The translations under genes and the position numbers were made by a program. From Takakia lepidozioides (lineage: Eukaryota > Plantae > Bryophyta), in NCBI GenBank assembly GCA_030704615.1, contig CM060731.1, positions 32,922,001 to 32,986,000 of the forward strand: a stretch of DNA of 64,000 nt. Direction: 5' to 3'. Below are positions 38,143 through 50,891 of the stretch, piece by piece. The stretch's first letter is position 1. The number at the start of each line of letters is the position of its first letter. The notes below the pieces were generated by a model. That model made no database searches, was not told where the DNA came from, and worked only from the letters and a program-made list of their open reading frames with translations.

Positions 38143-38149
38143 AGTTGTA

Positions 38150-38660
38150 CTTGTTCATTCGGCATGAGCAATGCAAGTTGCCATGGCATAATAGACCCCC
38201 CTTGTGCAAATACAGTTTGTCCACTTTGTAGGTCCAAATATGTGTGGGCTCACATGCAGTGTAGGCCATTGACCTCAAATGCAAAGTGTTCAACCCCAGT
38301 ATTGATATTAGTAATCCAACACATCAAAATGGTATCATGATACGACAACACGCTCTTAAATGTCCAAATTGCATCTGAACATAGTGATAGGGTCAGTATA
38401 CATCGAATTCAACTTGGCACACCTTAATCGCTGCCACGAAATCACATTTAACAAAAACATCCCACAAATTGGAAGAATTCAATAAAGGAATGTGCAGACT
38501 CCAACAACGGAAGAATGCAAGCCAAACCAAGTAGAATTTTAACATCACATAGGAGCTCGCAGTGGATTTGGCTTGCTGGTTGGTAGGACTGTCCACAACC
38601 ATTTTAACCAACAAGGTCCTGTATTTTGCCATGACACACTTCGCATGACTCAACATAAAG
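38150..38660 (-). mobile_element. hAT-like (ZNF862-type) transposase remnant
   Basis: LSHAKCVMAKYRTLLVKMVVDSP..ELLCDVKILLGLACILPLLE..DVFV.CDFVAAIKVCQ, frameshifted; resembles bryophyte hAT-derived transposases from memory. Confidence 0.55.
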
Positions 38661-39909
38661 GTTCAACGTGGGTACATGCCTCTCCTAATTGGTACTTTTT
38701 CCTTATTCCGGAGGTGTACCAATTAACCAGGGTAGGCTGTAACATAAACACGGGCTGAAAATTACGGTTAAATCTAATATTGATTAGTATTAACAAAAAA
38801 TAATTAATATGTACCCCAGTCGCTGAAAAAATAAAATCGATGAAGAGCCGGATGATATCTATGAGTTTGTCTAGGTGGTAAGTTGCATGGACCCACATGG
38901 CTACCGGATGTGGGCCCATTTGCAGTCCATGCCCAAGCGAGATTTGGGGAACATTCTAGAATAAATAACGTTCTAGAGGGAGCGCCCAAAGTGTTTATGT
39001 CGTCACGTCTATAATGTTTCGGTAGTCGCGTAGGACTGTACCAACGTAAGAGGTCAGCGTAGTGCATAGTAGCAAAGGTGTAGAGGGTACAAGGGTGCAC
39101 AACAGCAAAGGCGAGCTACAAGGGCCAGCATGGAGGCAACGAAAAGCACCACCGTTGCAGTGGAAACGTGTGGGAAGAGAGGGAGGGGTCGACCTAGGAA
39201 ACTGATGACGATGAAGGACAAAGTTGCAACAAAAGCCTTTGAGGTGATGTATAGTTGGCATAGGAGGATGCGATGTCTAGGTGCAACTTTTTGAGTCTTT
39301 AAGAAAATTTATAACAGATAATCGTTTTGCTAGGTTTTTGGTTGTCGAACGTGGAGGTACGATGTCCCAATACATTTTCAAATGGTAATCAAAATATTAA
39401 CTGTAAGTATTATTCAGGTTAACGAACTGATAAAAATGTATCTAGAGTGGGACATATGTCCACCACTCAGACAAGATTTTATAAATCAGGTACGTTTTTG
39501 CGGAAGGGTATGAATCTGGCCAGGTGTGGAGCTTTGTGGCGGACAATGCTGATGCCAAAAGAACCCACTGTGGAAATAGTGAAAGATATCTTTTTCCATG
39601 ACGAGGTAAAGCGGGGTCCACGATATTTTGGAGGTGAAGTAGGTCCACCATATTTTTTATGAAGAGTCATATACATGAGAGCCCTTCAGATCTTAATATC
39701 GCATATGCTGATTGTTTTAGCGAAACAGTTATTAATCAAGAACCATACTAACATTCCTATGTATCATGGACATGTGAACCTTGACGTTTGTATCACCGGA
39801 CCAATGCTGATTGTTATATGAAAAATTACCTATCTATTGCAGTTACTCTCATCGCGTTATATGCTGCTGTCTTTGGAATTTTGGAAGATACTGATGTGAA
39901 TAACAATTA

Positions 39910-40525
39910 CCAACTCAATTGGTTAGTGCACTAAGTGCCGCCCAAATGATTCTAGGGTCAAATCCTGCTACTTGACGAATGTGGTATACTCTTCTCCCCC
40001 TTCCCTTCCCTTGGGTGGTGTCCCATTTCTACACCTTCATGGCGCGGTTATTGTGAAAGAGGTTATTTTCAGTGTTGGGAGGTTCTTTGATTCAGCTACA
40101 AACTACAAACCCCCGGAGGTTATCAAGAAGGTTATATGGATATATAACCCTGGTTCTCAAAAAACAAATAACTGGCAAAGGCTCATAACCGCCGGTTACG
40201 TAGATTTAAAGATAACCAGCCTGAAAACCGTCAAAGATCCGCCAAAGACCCGCTAGTTATTTGATGAAAACCACCGGTTTTTTTAGGTTCTTACAATTAA
40301 CTGGAACTGTGGTTTTTTTCCATTAAAAAAATCTTAAAAAACGGAACCGGGGTTCTTTGATCCTAAGATTTTGTTTGAAAACCGGAACCGGAGGTTATGA
40401 AAGAAATCAAATAACCGCCCAACACAGGCTATTTTCTCCTCTCACTATAACTAAGGGGCCTTGATTTGTGAGCTGTCGCTCTCAGGTGTTTCCCTTTTTC
40501 TCTTACAAAAAGATAAAAAATAAAA
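39910..40525 (+). mobile_element. tRNA-derived SINE-like element interrupted by a MITE
   Basis: A-box-like aactcaattggttag (39912), B-box-like gggtcaaatcc (39955), body shared with 6899-7047, A-rich tail at ~40505-40525. Confidence 0.6.
40070..40427. mobile_element. hAT-type MITE
   Basis: TIRs cagtgttggg...cccaacacag; 8-bp TSD gttatttt/gctatttt; the empty site is visible in the SINE copy at ~6965-6975. Confidence 0.85.
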
Positions 40526-41929
40526 TTAATATTAATTCAGGTCAACCCGGGTTAGCGCTGAGCGGGTATGCAAGCGACAACGGGCCAAGGCAGCAGGTGT
40601 TCCCCACACGTGGGACCCGCCCTGTTAAGTGACTTGTCCCCTCTGCGCCGTGCACCCTGTGTCAGCTCATATATCCGGCCTGCTCACCGGTCACCTGTTA
40701 GCTGCCGGTCATCAGAGACGGGCAGCTGGCCTGCATATGGCCACTTTTGGACGACTATGATTGGCTCTGACCCAACTCCTGGAATAGTATGCATCGTGCT
40801 GCAAGCTTGCAGGTAATTCCGCCAACGTAACTGCCACATTTACTCTCATATGCCACCAACAACGTTTAGTCAGGTTGTGAGAAGTTGCAGGACTGACGGC
40901 GACGTGTCAAGGATTTGAGCCCAAGACCTGCGATATTGTACGGTGGAATGGACCCATGATTGGTCGCTACTCATGCAACTTATCTGGCCGTGTTAGTTCG
41001 GGAGATCAGGACCTCTTTGAGGTGCCAAAGTCATCACCACCTCTCACTCTCTCTATCCACCAATTTCCTTGGATAACTGGTTCCGTCATGGGCCTATGAA
41101 TGGCCACTAGACTCCTTGTTTTTTGGCCACTTGGCAAACATTTTTTTTTAAACTTATTGACCATACCCTAAGAAAGTATGATACCTAGTACCTTGGCAAT
41201 TTCGACACAAATTATAATATTTCAAAGATTGTTGAAAATTTTGGAAATTGATTTTGTGAAATTAAATAACTTTGTGAATGATAATAAAGCATCTTTTAGG
41301 AATATTCCATGTGTTGAAATGAAATTCTCAAATTACAATAAATATTCGACAGCTGATTGTTGATCTTTCCAAGGTACTCGGTAGTCCAAGGGGGCAGGGT
41401 GCACAGAAACATTCTGATTGGTTCAATTTTTGAAACAACATAACTTTGTGTAAATTTCATGAAATCAAGTTGCTCCAAATGCGTTGGCATGATGTGGAAT
41501 GTGGGACATCTTATAAATTCTACCCGAGATAAGAATGACGAGAATTCATCGTTAGATTTTCCGCCATCATTAGATGAACGGTCACCTAACTTTGCAGCTC
41601 ATTCGGCTGGAGGCTTCTATCTCTTGATGAGAATGCCGCATAGCTTTATAAAAAGACCCAATTGGGGTGACTGTACAAAAGGGCCTCCACCGTCCCTTTC
41701 TAACCTTTGAAAAAAATAAAAAATCTTTAACCATTGGAACTTAGGGTGCCTTCCTCTCCCTTCCCACATTAATATCTCATGCTCCCTCACAACCACAACC
41801 AAATCTACAGAATGTTCCTCTGGAACCATATATTCCTACTGAATCAAATATGGCTCTGTTCCCTGTTCCTGCGGCTGGCATAAAACAGCACGAGCATTTC
41901 GAGTTGCTATTATAACATTTAAAGGCTGT

Positions 41930-44295
41930 ATTTTATTTTATTTTATTTATTTTTAAAGGGGGAGCAGGGGGCCCTTTTAATCAAATTAAATGAAACAAAG
42001 GTTCACATTAAGGTGGAAAAAATAACCACCAGGGAGGCCGTAGAGGCTCACTGAGGGGGAACTTCCCCGGACAAGCATACTAACTAAGAGCAAATCAGCG
42101 GAGGATCTGAAAAAGATGAGTGCAGCTAGAGTGCATGAGGAGAGATAAAGCAAGTGAGCCTAAGAGCAAGGCTGATAAGCAGCCACGGAGAATATAACAC
42201 GCAGAACAGTTGCTTGGGTGGCTAAAGAGTACCCAAGTCTGGAGCAGGTAGAAGTTTTGAGAAAAGATCTTGAGAAAAGATTCTTGAGCTATGTGCTAAA
42301 AACGCAGCTGAGTCCTAGACTTGGCAACTCGAGGCTTCTTGTGCCTCCAGTTGAAATCCACATCATCCCCATCACCAGGAGATATCCCATGAATTGGGAG
42401 TGGAGACTTTCCAGCAGTACCGCATGTTGGGAAGACAAGTTCCGAGAATGTCATTTTTACCCCAGGACTGTTGAAAGCTATTGATGAGCCACCTGCCACG
42501 TTGTTCTGAAGATCTGGAAACAGCTGCACACAACATATCCCAAGCCTTCCTTCTTTAAGAAAACCGGTCTGCTCTTTTCTGATGATCTGAGGGAGCAAGG
42601 GCTGGATTCTCAAAGCAAGCGCCTTGGCTATAATCTTGTATGTAGAGTTGAGTAGGGTGATAGGTCGGTAGTTAGTTACTTTGTCCCTCTCCCCCTTTTT
42701 GTAGATGAGAGTGATAAGGCCTTCGGAGATCTGAGAGGGCATCACCTGCTTCTGGAAGATGTCGTTGGCCATACCCAGAAAGTCATCTCCAAGAGTTCCC
42801 CACAAAGATTTGAAAAGCTCAATGGGCAGACCATCTGGACCTGGGCTTTTAAGGGATGCCAAGGCATCTACTGCCTTACCCAGCTCAGACTCAGTAAAGG
42901 GTTATGCTAAGTTGGATTTATCTGCAGCAGATAGGGCACAGGGTATATTTCTCAAGAGAGCATTTCTTGCTTCGTTTATCTCTGGAGTGTGTTTTTTTTT
43001 TTTCAAAGAGTTGTCTGAAGAAGTCGGCTGCAATGGTGGTCATCTTCTTCAGGACAACACTTGGAATGCCAGCATCATCACGCAAAGAGGGGATCAAAGT
43101 AGAAGCACGACGCTGAGCAGCTTTAGCAAAGAAATATTTAGACATTTTTTCCCCCTTCAACGTCCAATTTACCCCTGCCTTGACCCTAATGAACTACTCC
43201 CTGGATGTAACAACAAAGAGAGATTCTCTTTGGCTGTTTTGTAGGAGATCATGGTTTGAGGGTCATCTCTACCTTCTTGAAGCTGGTACTGACAGACATG
43301 AAAGGCATTGTGTGAGTGCCCTCTCTTTTCTAGAGGTGTCTTCGGCCTTTTTCCTAGACAATTCCTGACAGATGCCTCTCAACTTCTGCAGCTTGGATAG
43401 AAATTGGAGAGTGGGAGAGGTGAAAGGTAGGTCAGCAGAGGACCAAACTCTTTGAAGCTCTAGAACAACCCCTGGGTCTTTGAGGAGGGAGGGGTTGAGC
43501 TTAAAGAATCCCCTACCCTTTGCTCTTGTCCCCGGGGTGTGTAAAGAGAGATTGACAATGGAGTGGTCAAAACCAGGAGGCACTGGGAGTAAAGGGGATC
43601 TGATAGTCCAATTTAACAGGTGCTCAGAGCAATAGATTCTATCTAGACGAGCCAAGGAGAGATTTGGAGACTCCCTGTTATTCGACCATGTAAATTTCAG
43701 CTCTCCTTCAGCTGGGGTGGTGGCGTCGAGCAAACCCACCGCCATGCATAGAGAGTCCCAAGAGTCTCTTTCAGCAACAGACAGGCCATGAACGTTAGAA
43801 CCGAAGCGATCATTATCAAACTCCACCATGTTAAAATCCCCACCCACAATCCAATGTTGGATGTCACCAAGCTGCAGCATTTTCAACCTTATAAGAGACC
43901 ACAGCTCTATACATCCTTCCTCACCATTGGGAGCATAAAACATTTAACACCCCCACACTCCCAATCGCTGGACCCATATGCAGAACGACTAGCTGAACCC
44001 TACCCTGAAGCCATATGTCATTAGAAAAAACAGAGGGCCCCAAGGAGGGGGAAATAAAAGTTGTTGTGCCACCTCTAGTGTCAACGATCGTGGGGTTCCA
44101 GAATGCGGAGGTAGGAGGCCACATAGAAGTCCCCAAAGATGCAATTTTGGCTTGGTCGAGCTTATGCTCTTGGAGAAAGATTAGAGAAGATTTGTTTATG
44201 AGATTGGAGGCCCATTGTCTGATTCTGGCCCTTTTTGGGGCTGAGTGATCAGATCCAATGCCACGGATATTCCACGTAGAAAGAGAGAAATTCAT
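41930..44295 (-). mobile_element. L1-like LINE ORF2 (EN, start of RT, 3' end with A-rich tail) with a ~2.3 kb internal deletion
   Basis: TWNIRGIG, FLQEHKL, WIVGGDFN, ARLDRIY, DHS, FFKLN, KSPGPDGLP, NYRPITLLNSTYKIIAK, EQTGFLK, then an abrupt jump at ~42553 to C-terminal RKAWDML...SWGKNDILG...ISW*; (TAAAA)n tail at ~41930-41955. Confidence 0.9.
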
Positions 44296-44759
44296 TGTAT
44301 TGTCATTTCTTGAAGAAACAGGCCGAAATAATCATAGTTGCAAAACTTGAACCACCATTTTGCCATACTCAAACTTACCAACTTAATATGTTGTCGCCCC
44401 CAAGATTTAACCACTATCCCAGGTCTGAAAATATGACTTGTTTTATATCACATCATGTGTTATTTTCCAGAATTTCATTTTTTTAAATAATTTCTTAAAT
44501 ATGGTAAAAAATTAAAACCCCCCAAAAGCCATAAGCAGTTTCCATATTTTAAATCTTTGACAAATCATTTATTGTATATGCTTGCACCCTAATGATTGGT
44601 TTTTGGAACTGTGAGACCCTCACAAAAGTTTTCATTTTTCTACCCCCATTGTACGCACTGAAACAATGTCAAGCGTATCATTCTGACTAGTTTTTGAAGT
44701 GAATAATACTGGGACAAGCAGCTAGTCTTCTCCTAAGTTAGGAGTGAGTAGATTGTGAC

Positions 44760-45032
44760 CAGTGTTGTGCGGGTCCGGGTTTTGAAGGCGGGTACCGGCG
44801 GGTTAGGACCCGTGCTATCACAAAAAACCCGGACCCCTGACCCGGGAACCGGACCCAGACCCGCCTGCCGGGAACCCGCTACCTGCGGGCATTAGTGTTT
44901 TATTATATTGCCCCCAATATGTTCTGCCCGGAGTATTGCCAATTTCTTATACCCGCCCAGTTTGGTACCTTGCTGCAATACCCTTACCCGTGCTGATACC
45001 CCGCCTCGCCCCCATATACGGGTCCAACACTG
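44760..45032. mobile_element. hAT-type MITE
   Basis: TIRs cagtgttg...caacactg; 8-bp TSD attgtgac/gttgtgac; acccg-rich subterminal repeats. Confidence 0.85.
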
Positions 45033-45295
45033 GTTGTGACATGAAAGGGGAACAGACTCAAACTAAAATGTCAGGAAAAAATAACCCTGCTGAAACCGCC
45101 GTAAAGGCAAACAGCGGGGATACTACCCTCTACCCAGTCCACAACAACGACGTAACTAATGATAGGTAGCAGTTTCTGCCGCTTTTTATGTATGTTATTG
45201 GGGCATAAAAGGCGCGCTCAAATCACCTGCACGTTTTTTCATCTCGGGCAGGGAGCTTAAAAAATGGGCACCTTGTTTAAAGCTCGGGTATAATA

Positions 45296-45355
45296 GGCCT
45301 CTGGATTATAAGGGCTACCTCCCCTTTCAAAAAAAAAAAAAGGGCCTCTGGATTA
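45296..45355 (+). mobile_element. Extremely 5'-truncated retroposed insertion with poly(A) and TSD
   Basis: ggcctctggatta [taagggctacctcccctttc plus a poly(A) run] ggcctctggatta. Confidence 0.7.
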
Positions 45356-46369
45356 GTGCAGGCATTCAATTTTTTTTTTTAAAGGTGAAAGGGGAGGAAG
45401 CCTGCCCAGATTAACTTTATTCGAATTATTGAAGGGAAAAAAAATTAAACATTCATTTTCATTTGTGATAATGCAGACGGAAAACTGCCGCATATAAATA
45501 TTTACATGCTAGGAATCCAAGACCTGAGAGAATGAGCAGCAATGACAGGCCGCACCTACAAAAGCCATCCTACAAAATTTCCATTGGAAAAATTGGGTCG
45601 TCCCCATGCGTTAGCGCCTGGTTTCAAGATTCCACATTTTGGCGTTTGGTGGAATTTTGAGCCAAGTGCTTCACAAAAGGTAATGCCCTGCCCAAGGTAG
45701 TTGCAGGACTTTAGGGCCCCGCCACGAGGGCTCTATCACCTTACCCTAGGAGAAATGAAAGTCCGCAAAGATTTTTTTTCTCATTTTTCAGTACATCTGC
45801 AAACAACAGAGGAGAGGAGGGGAGTTGACTGTCATGTCTATTGGGAAGTGAGGGGTTTGCTGGACCTTGGAGTCCGAGGAGCAGTGGTAATGGGCACATA
45901 CCACGTTGGATGTGGTTGTGGGTTCAAACCACGGTCTCGTGTGTCATGAAGGTGTCCACCTTTCAGTTGGAAGGCTGTAGCCCTTGTGGTGAGGAGACAC
46001 CATAATTTACGCACCCTCTGGGAGGCATCTATGTTTTTTTTTTCTTACTTTGAACCCGGAATGCAGGATGGCTTGCCAAACGCTAAGAGAACACAAAATA
46101 TTCGTCATCTTGTAGGTAGAATCTGGCCACCCAACATATTTCCAAGAAGCCCACTCCTAAGAACAGGGAGGTAGAGTAATTCGATTGCAATTTGAAGTTT
46201 TTGGACAAAGGACCTGAAGTGGACCAAAGTTTGATGGGACACTCTGAACTGTGGGACTTTTGTGGGACTTTGCTAATGAACAAGGAGAAGAATAAAGAAA
46301 AAATCCACCCATAATCATCACAGAATCATTCATTAATTTCATCATCATCTCTTCATCCATTGTTGTTTT

Positions 46370-49271
46370 CTAGTGTGGCATGTGCCGTTGAGCACACATT
46401 GTACCATTGTTTTATTGGCTCCTCTTTATTCTAAAGAGGGGACGCGACTACGCATAGGTGTCAAAATCGCTAAGCCCCTCTTGTGCCTTCCCCAGATGTC
46501 ACCTCATCTCCTTTGCTGAAAACTATTTCCTATGCCTCCAGGTAACACCTCCCTCAGGTAACATCTCTCTTAGTGAATAATTTATGAAGAATAAATTGAT
46601 GAATTCTCAAGTTTATTATGGATGAAAGTAGATGTCACTATTCACAAAGAGGATCCATACGCGACAAGTCGCTTGTTAATATATACGTATTTACACTTAT
46701 GACCAAAAGACAAATGACAATAACATCCTGCTGGCCCATGAAGCGCTTCACCGGGCAAATCTGAACAATCAGCCTCTTGCTTTCTTGATGTTGGATTTTG
46801 AAAAAGCTTTTGACTCTATTGACTGGACATTCCTCCTCGCTGCTTTGGAAAAAACAGGTTTAGGTGGTCAGTTACTGTCTTGGGTAAGGATCCTTCTTCA
46901 GTCTGCCTCTAGTAAGGTAATGGTGAATGGTGTCATCTCCCAATCATTCCCTATCTCTAGGTCGGTTAGACAAGGGTGCCCATTGGCACCTTTCCTCTTT
47001 CTCATTGCGGCAGATTCTCTTGGGCACTTGTTTGAAGCCAGGCAGGACATTGTGGGCCTTCATTTACCTACCTTCCTGCCGGAAATGGCGAAGCTGTCAA
47101 TGTATGTTGGTGATACATCCTTACTGCTGGACAATTCATCCCGGGACAACATTGATCATGCACTTCAAGCCCTGCACATTTTCTGTCTTGGCTCTGGCTT
47201 GAAAATCAATTGGGGAAAGTCAGTGGGACTTCTCTCGGTGTTGCAGAGTCAGGCTTCTTCTGCTCACTGTGCTACTTGGGGGGAAGACATTGGCCTCCGA
47301 TGGCTTCAGGAAGGGGAATCCCACACGTTGTTGGGCCATCAGATTGGAATTAATGTGTCCCAAAAGAGCAGAATGTAGAACGTACTTTCCAGATTGAAAA
47401 GATTTCTTGCCCATGGAGCTCTTCCATGCTCTCAATTGATGGACGGGCACCGGTGGCAAACCAGGTTCTACTGGCCTCTTGTTGGTTCTCTGCAGCAGTG
47501 TGGGACCTAGGTACCTCCATGGTGAAAGAGATAAAAGCTCTTATTCGGAATTTTATTTGGGGCGCAATAGCGCAAACTCCGGTAAGACGGGCTCTGCTTT
47601 CTTGGGAGCAACTCTGCCAGCCCAAAAAGAAGGGGGGGCTTGCAATTTTGGATCCAACGGCACAGATCAAGGCTCTTTTAGCCAAGTGGATCCCTAGGGC
47701 CATTACGCACCGTCACAGCCCATGGAGTAAATTGATCCAGCCTTACTTGATGGGTGCCAAACCCTCTTCATCCCACTTGTGGGCAGATTCACTTCGCTGG
47801 ATTGTTCAAGGGAAAAATGTGAACGTGCACTTGGGATCCCGCCCATGGCAATCCATATGGGCTGCTTGGCAGTCTCTTAGGGACAAGCTCACTCAAAGAC
47901 CACCGGCAAACTCTGCAGAGGCCTGGCGACAACCTCTGTTTTGGAACAATGTTTTCCAGTCTCAAACACTGTCCCTGCAAAGACCAAAGTGGGCCTTATG
48001 GGGGCACAAAGGTCTTACTCATCTGGTCAAATACTTGGGAGCAGGGCAGTTACCTATCTCCAGCTGCAGTGACACAGAGTGTAGGGGCCAGACGAGCCGC
48101 TGCATGGCGTTCTCTTCTTGCAGACGTGCCAGATTCCATAACTGACCTATTGAGAAATGGAGGTGACTTGGAGGCCTTGCCAACTTGGACAGCTGAAACA
48201 ACCAACGGAGGTGGTACTGTCATGCTGGTCCTTTCTATGAATGATCAAATAACCTCTGGAATTTAGTTCATTTTAGACTGTGAGGACAACCTGCAGTTGA
48301 CAGGCTATGCGGATTTGCACAAGCAATCATTGTGCTTGATGACAAAGGAAATGCCAACCCAGCCCCACCGGGGGGGGGGGGGGGAATCGCAATGGGCCTT
48401 GCACTCCAGTTTCACTTGATTTCTACGCTATCCCTTGGCTGCTTTACAGTTCGACCCCGAGGAATGGAGCTGGAAGGATGAGCACCACTCTTCTTTCTTT
48501 GCTTATTCGGTGAAGTTAGGTTATTCGTTGTTGAGACCCATAACAACCTTCTTCTCTAGGTGGTCCGAAAAGTGGGGGCATTTGAATATGTCATCAGCCA
48601 ATTGGGACTCGGTGTGGAAAGATATTATATGGAAAAAACAAAGGGCTGCCAAAATCTCAGGCTTCTTGTGGAAGCTAGCTCATAGAATCTTGCCTGTCAA
48701 TGCCAAGACCTTATTCAACAATGCTACTTGCGGTTTGTGCATGTCACACCCTGAGGCCATCGAGCATTGCCTGGCAGACTGCCCCTTCCCTGCTAGAGTT
48801 TGGAGAGCTGTGTTACACTTTTACTCATGTTGGGAGTCTTTTCCATCCCCAGCCCCCTCCTCTCTTCTGCTCTTGAATTTTTTGCCTGCTCACGTGCCAT
48901 CTGTTTGCCCTGTGTGGGCAAGTCTAAGAGCTTTAACCTTATGGAACCTCTGGAAGGTTAGATGTGCTCTTGTTTTTGAAGGGAGACCCCCCAAGGGCAG
49001 GTATGTGTTTTTTTGCATTTATCAAGACCTGCTTACTGAGGGAAACCCAATTTGTTATTTTTCATTAACTTCTCTGAGTGACAAAAAAATACTTGAAATT
49101 CAATACTGTAGGTCCAAAAATTATGAAACCACCTTGATGCACTCTGCTCATCAAGGACTTTCCAGTGGTAGTAAGAACCTACGTGGAAGCCTGCTTGCAG
49201 TTTGGGAGATCTCAAGGTGACAAACAAAACAAAACAAAACAAAACAATCTATAGTGTCCTTAATATATTGA
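46370..49271 (-). mobile_element. Non-autonomous Helitron-like element carrying a LINE RT segment
   Basis: Minus strand begins TCAATATATTAAG (49271) and ends with hairpin gtgtgc-tcaacg-gcacat plus gccacaCTAG (46370); interior homologous to the 49272-50052 element. Confidence 0.65.
46718..49044 (+). mobile_element. Internal L1 ORF2 segment (RT core through zinc finger)
   Basis: NNILLAHEAL, LDFEKAFDSIDW, SRSVRQGCPLAPFLF, YVGDT, GLKINWGKS, KKKGGLAI, FLWKLAHRILP, CGLC..EAIEHCLADC, LWNLWKVRC; ends LLTEG. Contains stops and frameshifts. Confidence 0.92.
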
Positions 49272-50052
49272 CTAGTGTGGCCCTATGCCGTTGAGCACAT
49301 ACACTTATGACCAAGTGTACCAAAAGACAAATGAAAGGCCAATATTCCAGAAAGACCCAATTTCCTTATTTTCGTGAATTATCAATGACAAAAAAATACT
49401 TGGAGTTCAATATATCCCACATCATAGGTCGAACAATTATAAAATCACCTCGCTACACCCCTAGTCATCAAGAGCTTTTCAGCGGTATTAAGAACCTAGG
49501 CGGAGGCCTTGAGGTTTGGGAGATCTGAATGTGACATACAAAACAAGCCTCAAACGGGGCGATGGGTTGTAGAGGAAGGTAAGAGAGGGAGCATGACTAA
49601 GCACAACACACCAATAGGTGCTTTGATATGGTGTAAGGTCCTTCGACCACATTCATTGAACATGATGAACAAGAGAGCCAACAAAACAAGACTAATTGCG
49701 TACAGCTCCTCCTTGTAAGGAATCTATTTTCATCCATAATAAACTTGAAAATTCATTCATTTATTTTTCATAAGTTGTTCAATAGCAGATATGTTACCTC
49801 TAATTGCGTATAGCTCCACCTTGTGTGGAATCTACTTTCATCCATAATAAACTTGAGAATTCATCCATTTATTTTTCATAAGTTGTTCAATAGCAGATAT
49901 GTCGGAGAGGTGCTACCTAGAGAAGGTACATTCAGCAAAGGAAAAGAGTTGACAGCTGGGGAAGGCACAAGAGGGCTTAACGATTTACACTAGTCCCTAC
50001 TCTTGTCTTTAGAAAAAATAGGAGCCAACAAACACTCCCTTGCTTATATTGA
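49272..50052 (-). mobile_element. Second non-autonomous Helitron-like element, tandem to the first
   Basis: A|TCAATATAAG 5' end at 50052; tatgtgctcaacggcata hairpin plus gggccacaCTAG|T 3' end at 49272; internal tandem duplication 49695-49900. Confidence 0.65.
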
Positions 50053-50496
50053 TGGTACAACCAAAAGAGCTCTTTACTTGCCAGGGGGGAGTGGTGCCTC
50101 CTGCAAGGAAGAGCCAACAAAATAAACTGGGCTAGAAATAAGTCGGACATAGGTGTGGGCTAATCTGCGGCTAGGAAAGAAGGCCTACAGCCACCAGTTA
50201 ACTGAACGTCTGATCCTTCTGCTGTTGCTATTGACCAATTCAGCAAATCCAAGTCGGCCACATCAGCTCCTGATCGCCTCGAGATTGCAGAAAGTAGAAA
50301 CTCTTATTCCCAAACTGTTGTTTCCGACTCCCGAGCCGGGCAGCAAAAGATACTTCAGCCCGTGAAAAAGATGCGGGTCGATCCATCTCCTCACGATGGA
50401 GGGAATCCTGAGCTAAATTTGAAGGACATTTAGGGGACCTGGGTTGGGGACGTGGAGGCGCCGGCCGGGACCTGGGAGGGAGGGGTGAGGAGGAGA

Positions 50497-50891
50497 CCCC
50501 GCGAAAGGGGTCCGACGTGGCAGGCGAGGTGGCGCGCTCGGAGAAGAGGCGCGAGAGTGTATTCAAACCCTGGAAAGGAGAGGGCGGGTGAGCCGATGGT
50601 GCGAGGGCCGCGCAGGGTCGGCCACAACACAAAGGGCGGGGTTTCGGGGCAGTCCCGCCACAAGCAACATGAAGCCCGCCCAAATGTGCGCCTAGCTCCT
50701 ACGCCCCCCCCTCCTCTTCTTCTTCTTCTTCTTCTTCTTCCCCTTTTCATCCTCGACCCCCTCCCCTTGCGTCCGCCATAGCCATATCCGCCACAGCCTG
50801 CACTTCACCGCCTGTAGGCGGCCTCTGTGTGTGCTGCTCGATCTTCCGTGCGCTGTTTCGACCTTGTATCGGTCAACCTCTTTTTCCCGCC
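50497..50891. promoter_or_regulatory. GC-rich promoter-like region with E2F-consensus sites upstream of the E2F gene
   Basis: TTTCCCGCC at 50883-50891 (+), TTTCGCGG (minus strand, ~50499-50506), GC boxes, followed by a long CT-rich leader. Confidence 0.4.

Noticed and set aside
38660-39780. Possible TIR element with ggttca...tgaacc ends
   Set aside because: TIR match is weak and no TSD could be confirmed.
39905-39970. tRNA-like A and B boxes
   Set aside because: No convincing cloverleaf; continues into a repeated body, so treated as a SINE head.
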